Origin: a bacterium
GTDB lineage: Bacteria > UBP14 > UBA6098 > JAFGQG01
Length of the DNA: 64,000 nt
Direction: 5' to 3'
Assembly (NCBI GenBank): GCA_016935765.1
Contig: JAFGQG010000057.1
Location: forward strand, 7,704 to 71,703
The notes beneath the pieces are model-generated. The model was not told the origin of the DNA, made no database searches, and saw nothing but the letters and a program-made list of their open reading frames with translations. The position numbers and the translations under genes were made by a program. This document shows, one piece after another, positions 1 to 10,344 of the stretch (position 1 is its first letter; every line of letters starts with the position of its first letter).

Positions 1-1740
1 ATAGTAGGAGCTGGAGCGGCAGAAGGCGCTATGGATGCGGGAAACCTCCTGAAGCCGACACTGGCACGCGGGAAACTCCGCGCAATCGGCGCTACGACCC
101 TGAAGGAATACCGCAAGTATATCGAGAAGGACGCCGCGCTGGAAAGGCGCTTCCAGCCTGTTATGGTGAACGAACCGTCAGTCAAGGATACTATCTCCAT
201 TCTCCGCGGGATAAAGGAAAAGTACGAGGTGCACCACGGTGTGAGAATACGCGATAATGCGCTGGTCGCAGCGGTGAACCTCTCAGAGCGCTACATCACG
301 GACCGGTTTCTCCCGGATAAAGCGATAGACCTCATGGACGAAGCATGCTCCGCTCTTCGTATCGAAATGGACAGCAAACCAACTGAGATAGACCGGCTTC
401 ACAGACAGATACGTCAATTAGAGATCGAGCGGGAAGCCCTCAAGAAGGAAAAGGACGAGGCATCGAAGAATCGGCTGAAGGACCTCGAGAAAGAACTCGC
501 TGAACTCAGGGAGGAAAGCAAGGAGTATGAGATAAGGTGGGAGAATGAAAAAAAATACATCGACGCGATAAAAGAACACAATAAGAGAGTGGATCAGTTG
601 AAAGAGGAAGCCGCGCAGGCCGAAAGAGAGGGAAACCTGCAGAGAGTAGCGGAGATCAACTATGGAGAGATTCCCGAACTGAAGAAGCAAATAGGGGAAG
701 CACAGCAGAAACTGGCAGAGATACAATCGGAAAATGCCCTGATGAAGGAGGAAGTGACTGAGGAGGATATCGCGGAGGTTGTTTCCCGCTGGACGGGGAT
801 ACCTGTAACCAGGCTGCTGACAGAGGAGACCGAAAAATTGACTCACATGGAGGAGGAGCTTGCTAAGCGGGTTATCAGCCAGAAGGAGGCTATCAAGGCT
901 GTTTCCAATGCGGTGCGAAGGAGCAGAGCCGGTATTCAGGAGGAGGACAAACCTATCGGCTCTTTTATCTTTATAGGACCCACGGGTGTTGGGAAAACAG
1001 AACTCGCAAAAGCGCTTGCTGAGTTCCTTTTCAATGACGAGAGAATGCTGATACGCTTGGATATGAGTGAATACATGGAGAAGCACTCGGTCGCGAGGTT
1101 AATAGGCTCGCCGCCTGGTTACGTAGGATACGAGGAGGGTGGTCAGCTTACCGAAGCGATTCGTCGCCAACCTTACAGCGTGGTGCTCCTGGACGAGATC
1201 GAGAAAGCGCACAGAAGCATCTTCAACGTATTGCTGCAGATTCTCGACGACGGCAGGCTGACCGATGGCAAGGGGAGAACGGTGAATTTTAAAAATACCG
1301 TGCTTATAATGACCTCCAACCTGGGCAGCGCAGAGATCGCCGAATTCGCTGATTTTCCAGACAAGCAAAGGACCGCAATTGATAGAGTGATGCGGGAGGC
1401 TTTCCTGCCTGAATTCCTGAACAGGATAGATGAGATAATCATTTTCCAGCATCTTACGGAAGAGGATATCGCCGAGATCGTAAAATTGCAGATGAACCAG
1501 GTGGCTGATAGACTGGCGCAGAAGAGAATATCCATCGAGATCACAGACGCGGCTTCGAAGTACCTCGCCGAAACTGGCTATGATAAGGTGTTTGGAGCAA
1601 GACCCCTGAAGAGGGTTATCCAGAACCAGATCCTCGACGAACTCTCGTTCATGATCATCGAAGGCGATGTGAAGGACGGAGATGCAGTCACCATAGATTA
1701 TGATGGCAGGAAAATTATCATCAAAGTTGGACGGGATTAA
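1..1740 (+). CDS. clpB: ATP-dependent chaperone ClpB, C-terminal ~570 aa; the 5' end lies outside the window
   Basis: The frame is open from position 1. The translation shows the ClpB middle-domain coiled coil and a second AAA+ module ([15 protein letters not shown] Walker [12 protein letters not shown] Walker B, sensor and C-terminal D2-small domain). The stop codon TAA is at 1738. Confidence 0.9.
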   Translation: MVGAGAAEGAMDAGNLLKPTLARGKLRAIGATTLKEYRKYIEKDAALERRFQPVMVNEPSVKDTISILRGIKEKYEVHHGVRIRDNALVAAVNLSERYITDRFLPDKAIDLMDEACSALRIEMDSKPTEIDRLHRQIRQLEIEREALKKEKDEASKNRLKDLEKELAELREESKEYEIRWENEKKYIDAIKEHNKRVDQLKEEAAQAEREGNLQRVAEINYGEIPELKKQIGEAQQKLAEIQSENALMKEEVTEEDIAEVVSRWTGIPVTRLLTEETEKLTHMEEELAKRVISQKEAIKAVSNAVRRSRAGIQEEDKPIGSFIFIGPTGVGKTELAKALAEFLFNDERMLIRLDMSEYMEKHSVARLIGSPPGYVGYEEGGQLTEAIRRQPYSVVLLDEIEKAHRSIFNVLLQILDDGRLTDGKGRTVNFKNTVLIMTSNLGSAEIAEFADFPDKQRTAIDRVMREAFLPEFLNRIDEIIIFQHLTEEDIAEIVKLQMNQVADRLAQKRISIEITDAASKYLAETGYDKVFGARPLKRVIQNQILDELSFMIIEGDVKDGDAVTIDYDGRKIIIKVGRD

Positions 1741-1813
1741 CGGAATTGACTGGATAAGGTTAAAGATGAAAAGGATAAAAAGGCGGAAAAGCTTATTATT
1801 TGAGAAGGTTTGA

Positions 1814-2221
1814 ATGCAACATAAAGATATTACAGAAAAGATCATCGGATGCGCATATAAAGTATATAATAAATAAGGGTTTGGGTTCTTAGAAAGCGTT
1901 TATGAAAAAGCGATGCTTATAGAACTGAAGAAAGCTGGAGTGAAAGGCGACTCTCAGAAACCGATAACCGTTTATTATGATGGAGAAAATGTAGGGGATT
2001 TTAGGGCAGACATTATTGTTGAGGATATAGTGATAGTCGAATTAAAATCGGTTAGGACTATGGCCAATGAATTTGAAGTTCAGTTGGTAAACTATCTAAC
2101 AGCTACAGGCAAGAATGTGGGATTATTGATTAATTTTGGTGAAAAAGGAGTTGAGGTTAAACGAAAAGTCAGAAGCTTAAAGGACATTAATCCTGACAAT
2201 CCAGTTAATCCTGTCGATTAA
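1814..2221 (+). pseudogene. GxxExxY-family protein (PD-(D/E)XK-like) interrupted by one in-frame TAA at 1874-1876. The ORF caller reports only 1913..2221
   Basis: ATG at 1814 gives MQHKDITEKIIGCAYKVYNK, then a TAA stop. The same frame continues GFGFLESVYEKAMLIELKKAGV...VIVELKSV. The N-terminal KDITEKIIGCA segment and the GxxExxY signature (GFLESVY) both lie upstream of the first usable start (ATG 1913). A protein beginning at 1913 would lack the family motif. Confidence 0.5.
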
Positions 2222-2233
2222 ATAAGGAGCATT

Positions 2234-3862
2234 ATGAAAGCTGTAATATCAGTTTTGTTTTTAGTTTTGTTCGCGACAACTGCATTTGCCCAGGTTCCCG
2301 ATACTCTCTGGACCTATGAACTTTTATCCCACTGTTATGGCTCTCCCGCCTGCGCGGACATCGATTTTGACGGGTATCTTGAAATCGTCTTCGGAACTTA
2401 CTTCGATGATGAACACGCTTATTGTCTCAATGCTGAGGACGGCAGTTTGAAATGGCGGTACTATACCGGCGGCGGTCCCCTGGATGCGGCGCCCGTGATT
2501 GCTGACGTTGACCTCGATGGCTCCCTCGAGGTGATAATCCCGGCAAGCTGGGGTATAATGTTCTGCTTTAACGGTGATGGCTCTGTTCAGTGGATTTACC
2601 CCCGCTACGATTACGTGGAATGCATTGATTCCCCGCCGTCTGTTACGGATGTCGATGGGGACAACCGTCCCGAGGTCATATTCGGCGCATGGTACGGCAA
2701 GGTTTACGTGCTCAATGGCGAGGACGGCTCTCTCCTCTGGGAACGCTGCTACTGCGAGGATGGCTACGTTCAAAGCGCTCCCTGTATCCTCGACTGCAAC
2801 ATGGATGGCGACCTCGACATCGTTATAGGGATGTTCCGCGGGGATTGCAAACTCTATGCGCTGCACGGCGCTGATGGCGAAACCCTGTGGACCTACCAGG
2901 CGGACGACTGGATGTACGCGGGAGCTGCAACCGCCGACATAGACCTCGATGGTCTTCCGGAATTGGTTGTTGGAGATTACTCGGGTAAAGTCTTCGCCTT
3001 GGAAGCAGAAGATGGCTCCTTCAAATGGGAAAGAAGCATCGGATACTACGTCTTCCCACCCGTTACAATTGCTGAACTAAACGATGAATATTCGGGTCCG
3101 GAGATACTAGCTGCAGAAAATGAACTTTACTGCCTCTCGGCGGACGGCTCTATCATCTGGGATTATCCGACTGGTGGCTTGATAGACCGCGGAGCAGTAG
3201 TCGCAGAGGTTGATGGTGATGAGGATTTAGAAGTAATATTCGGGTCTTCAGATTGTTACCTTTATGTCTTGAATGGCGAGGATGGTTCGCTGGTATGGAG
3301 ATACTATACAGGTTCAGGTTACCCCATAGAGAACGCCCCCGTGGTAGCGGATTTCGACCTCGATGGTTGGGTGGATATCTTCTTCATAGGTGGACATGGA
3401 ACTTCCGACACAGTCCCTAATTACGGAAGGGCTTACGCAGTGAGGGCTGGACCCGGGAACGGAGAGACCTGGACAATGTACCGTCACGACGCATACAGGA
3501 GCGGTTACCTTGAAGGGGGTCCCGCGGAGAGCATTGAGCAGCAATCAATAATTCCTGACAGATTTGATATTTTGTGTTATCCTAATCCATTTAATTCGGT
3601 GGTTACAATTGCTATTGGAGGGGCGTTAAATTTAACACCCTTACATACAACAACTCCACATACAACGTCTTTACAGGTGGATATTTTTGATATTAATGGG
3701 AGGTTGGTTTGGAATCTTGATTCCCCCTGGCTCCTGTCGCCTGATTCCTATTCCCTATCCTTCTCCTGGCAACCCGATCCATCGATCCCCACCGGTATTT
3801 ATCTCATAAAAGTCGAGATAGGGAAGCAGAACACTACCCGGAAAGTGATATATTTGAAGTAG
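2234..3862 (+). CDS. Secreted FG-GAP/PQQ-like beta-propeller repeat protein with a T9SS type-A C-terminal sorting domain
   Basis: AGGAG sits 7 nt upstream. The N-terminus is a signal peptide (MKAVISVLFLVLFATTAFAQ). It has repeated DGSLKWRY / VDLDGxxEVI FG-GAP-like blades. The C-terminus reads CYPNPFNSVVTIAIG...IYLIKVEIGKQNTTRKVIYLK, which is Por_Secre_tail-like. Confidence 0.8.
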   Translation: MKAVISVLFLVLFATTAFAQVPDTLWTYELLSHCYGSPACADIDFDGYLEIVFGTYFDDEHAYCLNAEDGSLKWRYYTGGGPLDAAPVIADVDLDGSLEVIIPASWGIMFCFNGDGSVQWIYPRYDYVECIDSPPSVTDVDGDNRPEVIFGAWYGKVYVLNGEDGSLLWERCYCEDGYVQSAPCILDCNMDGDLDIVIGMFRGDCKLYALHGADGETLWTYQADDWMYAGAATADIDLDGLPELVVGDYSGKVFALEAEDGSFKWERSIGYYVFPPVTIAELNDEYSGPEILAAENELYCLSADGSIIWDYPTGGLIDRGAVVAEVDGDEDLEVIFGSSDCYLYVLNGEDGSLVWRYYTGSGYPIENAPVVADFDLDGWVDIFFIGGHGTSDTVPNYGRAYAVRAGPGNGETWTMYRHDAYRSGYLEGGPAESIEQQSIIPDRFDILCYPNPFNSVVTIAIGGALNLTPLHTTTPHTTSLQVDIFDINGRLVWNLDSPWLLSPDSYSLSFSWQPDPSIPTGIYLIKVEIGKQNTTRKVIYLK

Positions 3863-3963
3863 CAGCATTAACTTAAAAGATAACCACAAATAAATATTGC
3901 GCTCAAAGATGAAATAGTTATATTATCCGCTTGTTAAAATAAGGAAGTATAACAGGAGTAAAT

Positions 3964-5886
3964 GTGATAAAAACTCATACCAGGTTTGTTTTATTTATAA
4001 CAATAAGTTTAACTTTATTCTTACCTGTCTATGTTTTATCGTGGACTCAGAGTACCGAGATGGTTCTTATGCGGGATAGTGTTCACCTTGCGACCGAGGT
4101 GTATCTGCCGGATTCATACACTGAGCCACTACCTGTTATACTCCAAAGGACGCCCTACAACAGAGACATGGATGACGAGATAGTTGATCTGGCTACAGAC
4201 TTGTTAGGCTATGCTTTAGTATCGCAGAATTTAAGGGGGAGGTACGAATCCGAGGGTGTCCCGCTGACTTTCCTTTCCGACGGATGGGGACCCCTGCAGG
4301 ATGGTTACGATTGCCTTGAGTGGCTGGTCGCGCAGCCCTGGTGCAATGGAAAGATAGGGATGTGGGGAGCATCCGCGCCGGGAATGACACAATATTATTG
4401 CGCGGGTACACACCACCCCAACCTAACGTGCATTGCTCCCGTCGGAGCGGGACATAGTCTCTATCACTACGTGGCTTATAACGGCGGCGTTTACAGAAAA
4501 GCGCTTGTTGAAAGCTGGCTGGAGGGCATCGGTTCACTTGGTATGGTGGATACGATCGTAAACCACCCTAACTATGATGCGTTCTGGAGCGTAGCAAACC
4601 TTGGTGAAAGGTGGGATTCCGCCGCGGTGCCAGCTTTCCATGCTACAGGCTGGTATGACTTATACACCGATGGGCAATTAGAAGCGTTCTCCGAAATGAA
4701 GGCAAGATTCGGTAACCAGAAAATGTTTATCGGACCATGGAGACATGGGAACGCCTGGGGAAGTCGCTATCAGGGAGATCTTGTCTATCCCCCGAACGCT
4801 GAAATGTCCGAAGAGACGCTAGCCCTGATGGCAGTTGCATGGTACAACTACTGGCTGAAGGATGAATCCAGCGAAATAGTGGAATCGCCCCCAATTACTT
4901 TTTACCTTACCGGTGACTGCGATGAAGACTCCGCATTTTATTGGAACACATGGATGGCTGCCTATGATTGGCCACTCCCCAATATGGAATATAGGTCGTA
5001 TTACCTGGATGATGGAGGGATACTCGATACAATGTTTCCGGTAACCGCGACGGCTGATACATACGCGTATGATCCTGAAAATCCATGTCCGACAATAGGT
5101 GGCAGGGAATATATCGGGCTTACTATGGGGTATGGTCCTAAGGACCAGCATCCAATCGAGAACCGGACAGATTTATTGCTATTTTCCACGCGGGTTCTTG
5201 ATGAACCCACCATAGTAATCGGGAAATTGAAACTCATACTCTATGCCTCCTCGAACAGGCTGGATACCGATTGGGCGATCAGGGTGACGGACGTTTACCC
5301 GGATGGAAGGTCCATTTTGATGACGGATAATATTCTGATGGCGCGTCATCGGAACAGTCTAGCAAGTGAAGAACTACTTACGCCAGAAGTTCCGGACACC
5401 TTCGAGATAGACATCTGGAGTATCGCCCACGTATTCAACGCGGGTCACCGCATCAGGATAATCGTATCATCATCCAACTACCCCCGGTTCGAGAAAAACC
5501 CAAACACAGGCGCTCCATTTATAAGGGATGACCCAACTACACTTGTAGCAACCAACGTAGTCTATCATTCACCTGGACTTCCGTCTCACCTGCTGCTACC
5601 CGTAGTCCCTTCAGAAGCTTTATATGTGAAGGAAACAACTGCCAAACCGAATGATTTCGAGTTGCACTGTTATCCCAATCCCTTCAATTCCAGTGTGAAT
5701 ATCACTTGCCCGGTCGGAACGGAAATTGAAATTTACGATCTGAGAGGCAGGCTGGTAGGCAAGGATATTACCACGAGTACCCAAATCATCTGGCAGCCGG
5801 ATCCGTTGACAAGTTCCGGAATATACCTGATTCGAGCGCAGAGCGGAGGCAAAACCGCAAGGAAAAGGGTAGTTTACCTAAAATAG
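3964..5886 (+). CDS. CocE/NonD-family hydrolase (S15 X-Pro dipeptidyl-peptidase-like) with a T9SS C-terminal domain
   Basis: GTG start with AGGAG upstream and a signal peptide. It carries the TPYNRDM...GYALVSQNLRGRYESEG...GMWGASAPGMTQYY motifs of the CocE/NonD alpha/beta hydrolases, plus a C-terminal beta-sandwich. The tail reads HCYPNPFNSSVNITC...IYLIRAQSGGKTARKRVVYLK. Confidence 0.8.
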   Translation: MIKTHTRFVLFITISLTLFLPVYVLSWTQSTEMVLMRDSVHLATEVYLPDSYTEPLPVILQRTPYNRDMDDEIVDLATDLLGYALVSQNLRGRYESEGVPLTFLSDGWGPLQDGYDCLEWLVAQPWCNGKIGMWGASAPGMTQYYCAGTHHPNLTCIAPVGAGHSLYHYVAYNGGVYRKALVESWLEGIGSLGMVDTIVNHPNYDAFWSVANLGERWDSAAVPAFHATGWYDLYTDGQLEAFSEMKARFGNQKMFIGPWRHGNAWGSRYQGDLVYPPNAEMSEETLALMAVAWYNYWLKDESSEIVESPPITFYLTGDCDEDSAFYWNTWMAAYDWPLPNMEYRSYYLDDGGILDTMFPVTATADTYAYDPENPCPTIGGREYIGLTMGYGPKDQHPIENRTDLLLFSTRVLDEPTIVIGKLKLILYASSNRLDTDWAIRVTDVYPDGRSILMTDNILMARHRNSLASEELLTPEVPDTFEIDIWSIAHVFNAGHRIRIIVSSSNYPRFEKNPNTGAPFIRDDPTTLVATNVVYHSPGLPSHLLLPVVPSEALYVKETTAKPNDFELHCYPNPFNSSVNITCPVGTEIEIYDLRGRLVGKDITTSTQIIWQPDPLTSSGIYLIRAQSGGKTARKRVVYLK

Positions 5887-6145
5887 CAAGCCTTTGCCAC
5901 CGTATTTGGATCATGATTGAAATAGGTGTAAAACTCTTACGGGATTCTGAAGTTTTAAGTTAAAAGTAAATGCACGGTTGGTGGTTGTATTTATGGATTC
6001 CAAACCCGTTGCCAAATACCAGATATTTTGATTAAATAAAGGCATACTATTAAACAGTCATCCAAACATCCATTCATCCAATCACCCTGTGGTAGCTGAT
6101 ATAAATTTAAGCTTACTAATTGCAGTGAAATTGCATACGAATCCC

Positions 6146-8068
6146 CTATTTCAAATATATTATCTGGTTGAAATAAGAATCGCCGGCACTGGTTCTGATC
6201 CTTACCAGGTAGATACCGCTTGCGAGGGCAGGGTTTGGTTCCCACCTGAATGATGACTGCGATTTGAAGAGTCCTCCTTTGGAAACCGCCGGCTGCTGCA
6301 GATCACTCCATTCAGCGATTAGCTTACCCCGAATATCAAAGATACGTACCTGTAATGAGGGCTTGTTTTTCCCCACGAATATCGATAGCGAAGAATTAAA
6401 CGGGTTTGGATAAATGACCGGTTCCGCCTGAAGGGGAACAGGGGTACCTTCTTCGATTCCCACATCCAGCAGCCATATACCGCCGTACACTATCAGGCTG
6501 TCTGCTTCGGTGGATTCTAAAGTAAACCGCAGTACATAAAGACCCTCCCTCAAGCCGTCAGTAACCCAGGTACCCAGGGTGTCGTTCCGGACTTCCACAG
6601 AATCTTCGGTGATAAAATTCCACTCAAATGCGCTTGGATCAGCCCATCGAAAGGTGTATTTCTTAAATTCGGCAGCATTGTGGGGACCAGCGTGTATCCA
6701 TGCAGAACCAAGGAAGGCTATCCTGTCCCCCACCTCGGCGGTATCGGGGACCTGGAGGGTGGAAAACATCACCAACGCAGTGTCCATTGCGAAGGGTAGA
6801 GAATCGAACTCGCAGTTGACGCACAGAATTTTGGAACTCTGATGCGCTATATTCGTGGACTGCGCGATCCCCGGACGAGTGGGAGCAACCACAGCGTTCT
6901 CAAGGTAAGTGGTAGCGCCGTACCAGGAACTTACGAAGGCGGTCACCTTGCCATCCTTGAAATCGAACCTCCCCTTATCCACGGAGGTGACCGAGCTTGG
7001 AAAGCCGTTCGTGGAGCAGTTAACAGCGCTTATGTATGAACTATCCCGGGCATGAGCCTCCCCCCAGTAGCAGGATTCCATCGAAAGCCTGGAATCGTCG
7101 AACGTATAAACGCACCAGAGCGCCAGGTATGAATTGACGAATCTTAGAATCCTGTCAACGAACGGGAAGTCCAGAAATGTGTAATAAGTTTTATTATTTA
7201 CGCCGCTTAAATAGACTTCATGTGAACCAGATAACCTGAGCGCAAGGCAGAATACCGAGTTGTTCACCGTAACGGAGCCGCCAGATTTTAGTTCTACTCC
7301 CGGAAAGAGATTGCTGCACGAATCGAAAGTAGCGCTGTACTTCATCCCAATAGCTCCGGGATAAGTCGAATCGAACTCGAAATGCTCAACGAACTCATAG
7401 TCCGGGAACTCAACATCCATGATCATTTCCTCCCCGGCTTCGAACCAGGGGAGTATGGTGTCGCAACGGGTCATGCGCACGCAGCATGAATCGTTCACAA
7501 GCAGGTCTCCAACTATATCGGCGTCTTCAAGTATCAGCGTTGACATGTCGTAGCACTCTCGGAAATTCCAGAAGGGAAAACTGGTCCGGCGCGCTATGTA
7601 GATGCTGCTATCATGCAGAAATGTCCGGAAAGTTGTGTTGGCATATACAATTGCATCGGTAGCTTCGAAATAGGAATTGTCCTGCATGTACTGCGGGTAC
7701 TGCGAGACGAAGACCTGCATGACGTGCAGGTAGCCCCCATCACGGATAATGACTTTGCCGTTATCCTGCTGCCAGAGACTCCCGTAAAGCTTGAGTTCCG
7801 CTCCTTCTACTATGACCACACCATCTCCCATCACTATCAGGTGGTCCTCAATTTGAAGGAAAGCATCTACGAATAGGGTATCCGCGCCCGGTCCCACAAT
7901 ATAGTATGTGGATTCCATCAGGTCCTCCAGGCGAACCTCCCGTGCTGACGCAGGGATCAGGGATATCCCCGGGCGATCATCCAGAACGTCAGCGGTGAGT
8001 GTATGACTTATTAAAATAAGTGATACAGCTGCTATGATATTTATAACAAATCTCAAATCCATTATCAT
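6146..8068 (-). CDS. Secreted hypothetical protein, T9SS cargo (type-A CTD)
   Basis: 640-aa ORF with an N-terminal signal/anchor (MIMDLRFVINIIAAVSLILISHTL). The C-terminus reads IYPNPFNSSLSIFVGK...RIFDIRGKLIAEW...GIYLVRIRTSAGDSYFNQIIYLK. No recognisable catalytic motif. Confidence 0.7.
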   Translation of the reverse strand: MIMDLRFVINIIAAVSLILISHTLTADVLDDRPGISLIPASAREVRLEDLMESTYYIVGPGADTLFVDAFLQIEDHLIVMGDGVVIVEGAELKLYGSLWQQDNGKVIIRDGGYLHVMQVFVSQYPQYMQDNSYFEATDAIVYANTTFRTFLHDSSIYIARRTSFPFWNFRECYDMSTLILEDADIVGDLLVNDSCCVRMTRCDTILPWFEAGEEMIMDVEFPDYEFVEHFEFDSTYPGAIGMKYSATFDSCSNLFPGVELKSGGSVTVNNSVFCLALRLSGSHEVYLSGVNNKTYYTFLDFPFVDRILRFVNSYLALWCVYTFDDSRLSMESCYWGEAHARDSSYISAVNCSTNGFPSSVTSVDKGRFDFKDGKVTAFVSSWYGATTYLENAVVAPTRPGIAQSTNIAHQSSKILCVNCEFDSLPFAMDTALVMFSTLQVPDTAEVGDRIAFLGSAWIHAGPHNAAEFKKYTFRWADPSAFEWNFITEDSVEVRNDTLGTWVTDGLREGLYVLRFTLESTEADSLIVYGGIWLLDVGIEEGTPVPLQAEPVIYPNPFNSSLSIFVGKNKPSLQVRIFDIRGKLIAEWSDLQQPAVSKGGLFKSQSSFRWEPNPALASGIYLVRIRTSAGDSYFNQIIYLK

Positions 8069-8096
8069 AATTTCTATGTTCTGTCAACAATAAATG

Positions 8097-10040
8097 TTAT
8101 CTCGGCAGTCTAACCTCCACGGTATCTTCAACGAACACCCAGTAGCAGAAGCCCGGGGTCAGAAAATCGGCGATAAAATAACTTCTCGCTTCAGCGTCCC
8201 AACCGATGACCGATTCGAAGACTTCGGGGTAGTCGGTGAGCATGGCAACCGGTAGATTATCAGCGGTGCCGCCCAGCATGTTCCAGCCGGGGAAGAGGGT
8301 GATTGATAGTGTATCAAGTCGATTGAATCCGCTGAAGCTTATCGTAGTATCCCTCTCGAACAGCAGCCAGAAACCAGTGCCGGGTTCTGACATTACTATC
8401 CAGTCATAAGCGCTTATAACGGGTATGAAACTCCATGCAGGGAGAAACGCGGTGGGGTAGCAATCCGGAAGTCTGAGAGTATCAACGAACGGGAAGGACA
8501 GCATCTGCCAACCCGCGAAGATCTCGTAGGTCAGGGCTTCTCTGTCATCAGGCGTTAAAAACACGCTCAAATAGCTGAAGACCGTCTCCGCGAAATCGGG
8601 ATTGATCCCGAGTACCGTTACAACGGTATCGATAACGTTGAGCGGGGTGCCTTCCGGAACTGTGTACCGAACCCAGACGTTTTGCCCAGACTGGAATGGT
8701 TTCGGCGCGGTGGAACCTGCAATGGGTGTTACCCACCCTCTCTTTGAAGTTATACCGTAAAACAGGGCTCGAGGAGATGGGGTCAGGTTTTGCATTTCCA
8801 CAAGGAAAGAGTCCCTTTCACCTGCCAACCCGGTATAGTAACCCCATGTGACAGAGCCAATTACAACGCCGGTATCGGCGGCAAAAGTCAATGGTCCGGG
8901 AATCATTATACTCCCCAAACCAGCGCCCGGTGGGATTATATTGTTGCTGAATATGTAGATATAATCATACTGGCAGATAATTGGGAATTCCGCGAAAATA
9001 CCTGAAAAATCGACAAACCCGCCGGGGAGATTGTAGAAATATATCCCGTTTTCACCAAATATATGGGGTCTCTCAATAAGGTCGTTGATAATGATCGACC
9101 TGCTTACAAACCGCAGCGTATCTGCCGCCAGCACTGAATCCGGATGCTCGATTTTCATACTGTCAGCGATGATAGTAACGTTGCCTAATGATGCGGTATC
9201 GACAAGGGCTTTGGACCTTTCGGGAAAGTAGCCGCCCCTTAGGATACCCTCGTCCTCGAACACGCGGCTATTGATTAATACATGACCGTCCCTGGAGCCA
9301 TCGCCGGATTTTATTGAAGCGGCGCTCCAGTTAGTCAATTGGTTCCCGACGAATATCTCAACCGACCCGCCTTTAGCATACCTGCTCCAACCCCCGGCAA
9401 TTGTGCCGTAGTTGTTGAAGTTATCGCCGACCATGATAAAGATGCTTCCACCGTTATAGTCATCATAATTATTGCCCAATATTCTCCCCCATACGTGATT
9501 AAAAAACTCTCCGTTAAGCTGAATATTGATAATGTCCCCGGTTATATCACCGGTTGACATCCCATTCACCAGTGCCTGAGCATTTATGAAAACTTCCTTG
9601 CCGGATATCGTGCCGTCGTTCTCGACAATGCCGGTGAATTGGTTATTAACGCCGATCGCAAGGATACCGTTCGGCGCTTCTATGGTCCCGTTATTATCAA
9701 ACGACAGGGTTTCCCCTTTTGGAGCAACGATAATTAGTTTGCTATCCGAATAAATGCTGCCGGTGTTGACGAAGGCTTCGGTAGTTATCTGGGTGCCGGC
9801 GCATCGCACATTACCGGAGTTCGTCAAGCTTGCGGCGGTGATGTTTTTGCCTGGAATATTACATAACGGAGCGCTAAAAGGTATCACAACATGGTCGCCG
9901 GGTCCGGGGATTCCTGGCGGATACCAGTTGTTCGGGTTGTCCCAGTTGGTGCTCCTACTCCCCGTGAAAAGTTTATCTCCGCAAAATGCTGCCTGTATCA
10001 TTAATAATATTAAAATGGAACAAATGAACGCTTTTATCAT
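8097..10040 (-). CDS. Large secreted beta-helix-like surface protein with a non-canonical C-terminal GWNM module
   Basis: Signal peptide MIKAFICSILILLMIQAAFC. The N-terminal half has G-T-I / N-x-G repeats typical of parallel beta-helix adhesins. The C-terminal ~150 aa (GWQMLSFPFV...GFWLLFERD...PGWNMLGGTADNLPV...GFCYWVFVEDTVEVRLPR) is shared with the 10709..15118 protein and is not a Por_Secre_tail. Confidence 0.7.
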   Translation of the reverse strand: MIKAFICSILILLMIQAAFCGDKLFTGSRSTNWDNPNNWYPPGIPGPGDHVVIPFSAPLCNIPGKNITAASLTNSGNVRCAGTQITTEAFVNTGSIYSDSKLIIVAPKGETLSFDNNGTIEAPNGILAIGVNNQFTGIVENDGTISGKEVFINAQALVNGMSTGDITGDIINIQLNGEFFNHVWGRILGNNYDDYNGGSIFIMVGDNFNNYGTIAGGWSRYAKGGSVEIFVGNQLTNWSAASIKSGDGSRDGHVLINSRVFEDEGILRGGYFPERSKALVDTASLGNVTIIADSMKIEHPDSVLAADTLRFVSRSIIINDLIERPHIFGENGIYFYNLPGGFVDFSGIFAEFPIICQYDYIYIFSNNIIPPGAGLGSIMIPGPLTFAADTGVVIGSVTWGYYTGLAGERDSFLVEMQNLTPSPRALFYGITSKRGWVTPIAGSTAPKPFQSGQNVWVRYTVPEGTPLNVIDTVVTVLGINPDFAETVFSYLSVFLTPDDREALTYEIFAGWQMLSFPFVDTLRLPDCYPTAFLPAWSFIPVISAYDWIVMSEPGTGFWLLFERDTTISFSGFNRLDTLSITLFPGWNMLGGTADNLPVAMLTDYPEVFESVIGWDAEARSYFIADFLTPGFCYWVFVEDTVEVRLPR

Positions 10041-10279
10041 ATATTCTCCTTTATTGGATGGTTTTATTGTTTAATAAATTATATTCAGTTGAGGCTGTTG
10101 TCAACTATAAGATAAGGATGGTGGAAGATACGGAGGAAATCTGGGGTGATGCACCGGGGTAAATCCATGTAATCAACTCAGATGCTCCTCATTTGTCATT
10201 TCGAGACCGAACATTTATTTTCAAAGCGGTTTTCATGATGCTCCATTCTAAATAAATATAAATAGCTTGTTATATCTTG

Positions 10280-10344
10280 TCGAGAAATCTATGAGAGTAT
10301 TTGACCATACTTAAAATGACTCAATTACGTCGAGAAATCTATGT
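10280..10344. repeat. Two exact copies of gtcgagaaatctatg (15 bp) spaced exactly 50 bp, in the 668-bp divergent intergenic region
   Basis: Copies at 10280-10294 and 10330-10344, seen directly in the sequence. Short GC hairpins (gcccactttggggc, gccccgttcggggc) lie nearby. Confidence 0.5.

Noticed and set aside
418-1845. Antisense ORFs 418..1086, 1099..1845 and 1173..1544 inside clpB
   Set aside because: They lie entirely in the opposite strand of a strongly supported ClpB frame. Their composition is low-complexity, rich in Leu/Phe/Ser, and typical of shadow ORFs.
2324-3544. ORFs 2324..2866(-), 2574..2828(+), 2689..2874(+) and 3314..3544(-) overlapping the FG-GAP gene
   Set aside because: These are alternative-frame artefacts within a gene that has a signal peptide, FG-GAP repeats and a T9SS CTD in one continuous frame.
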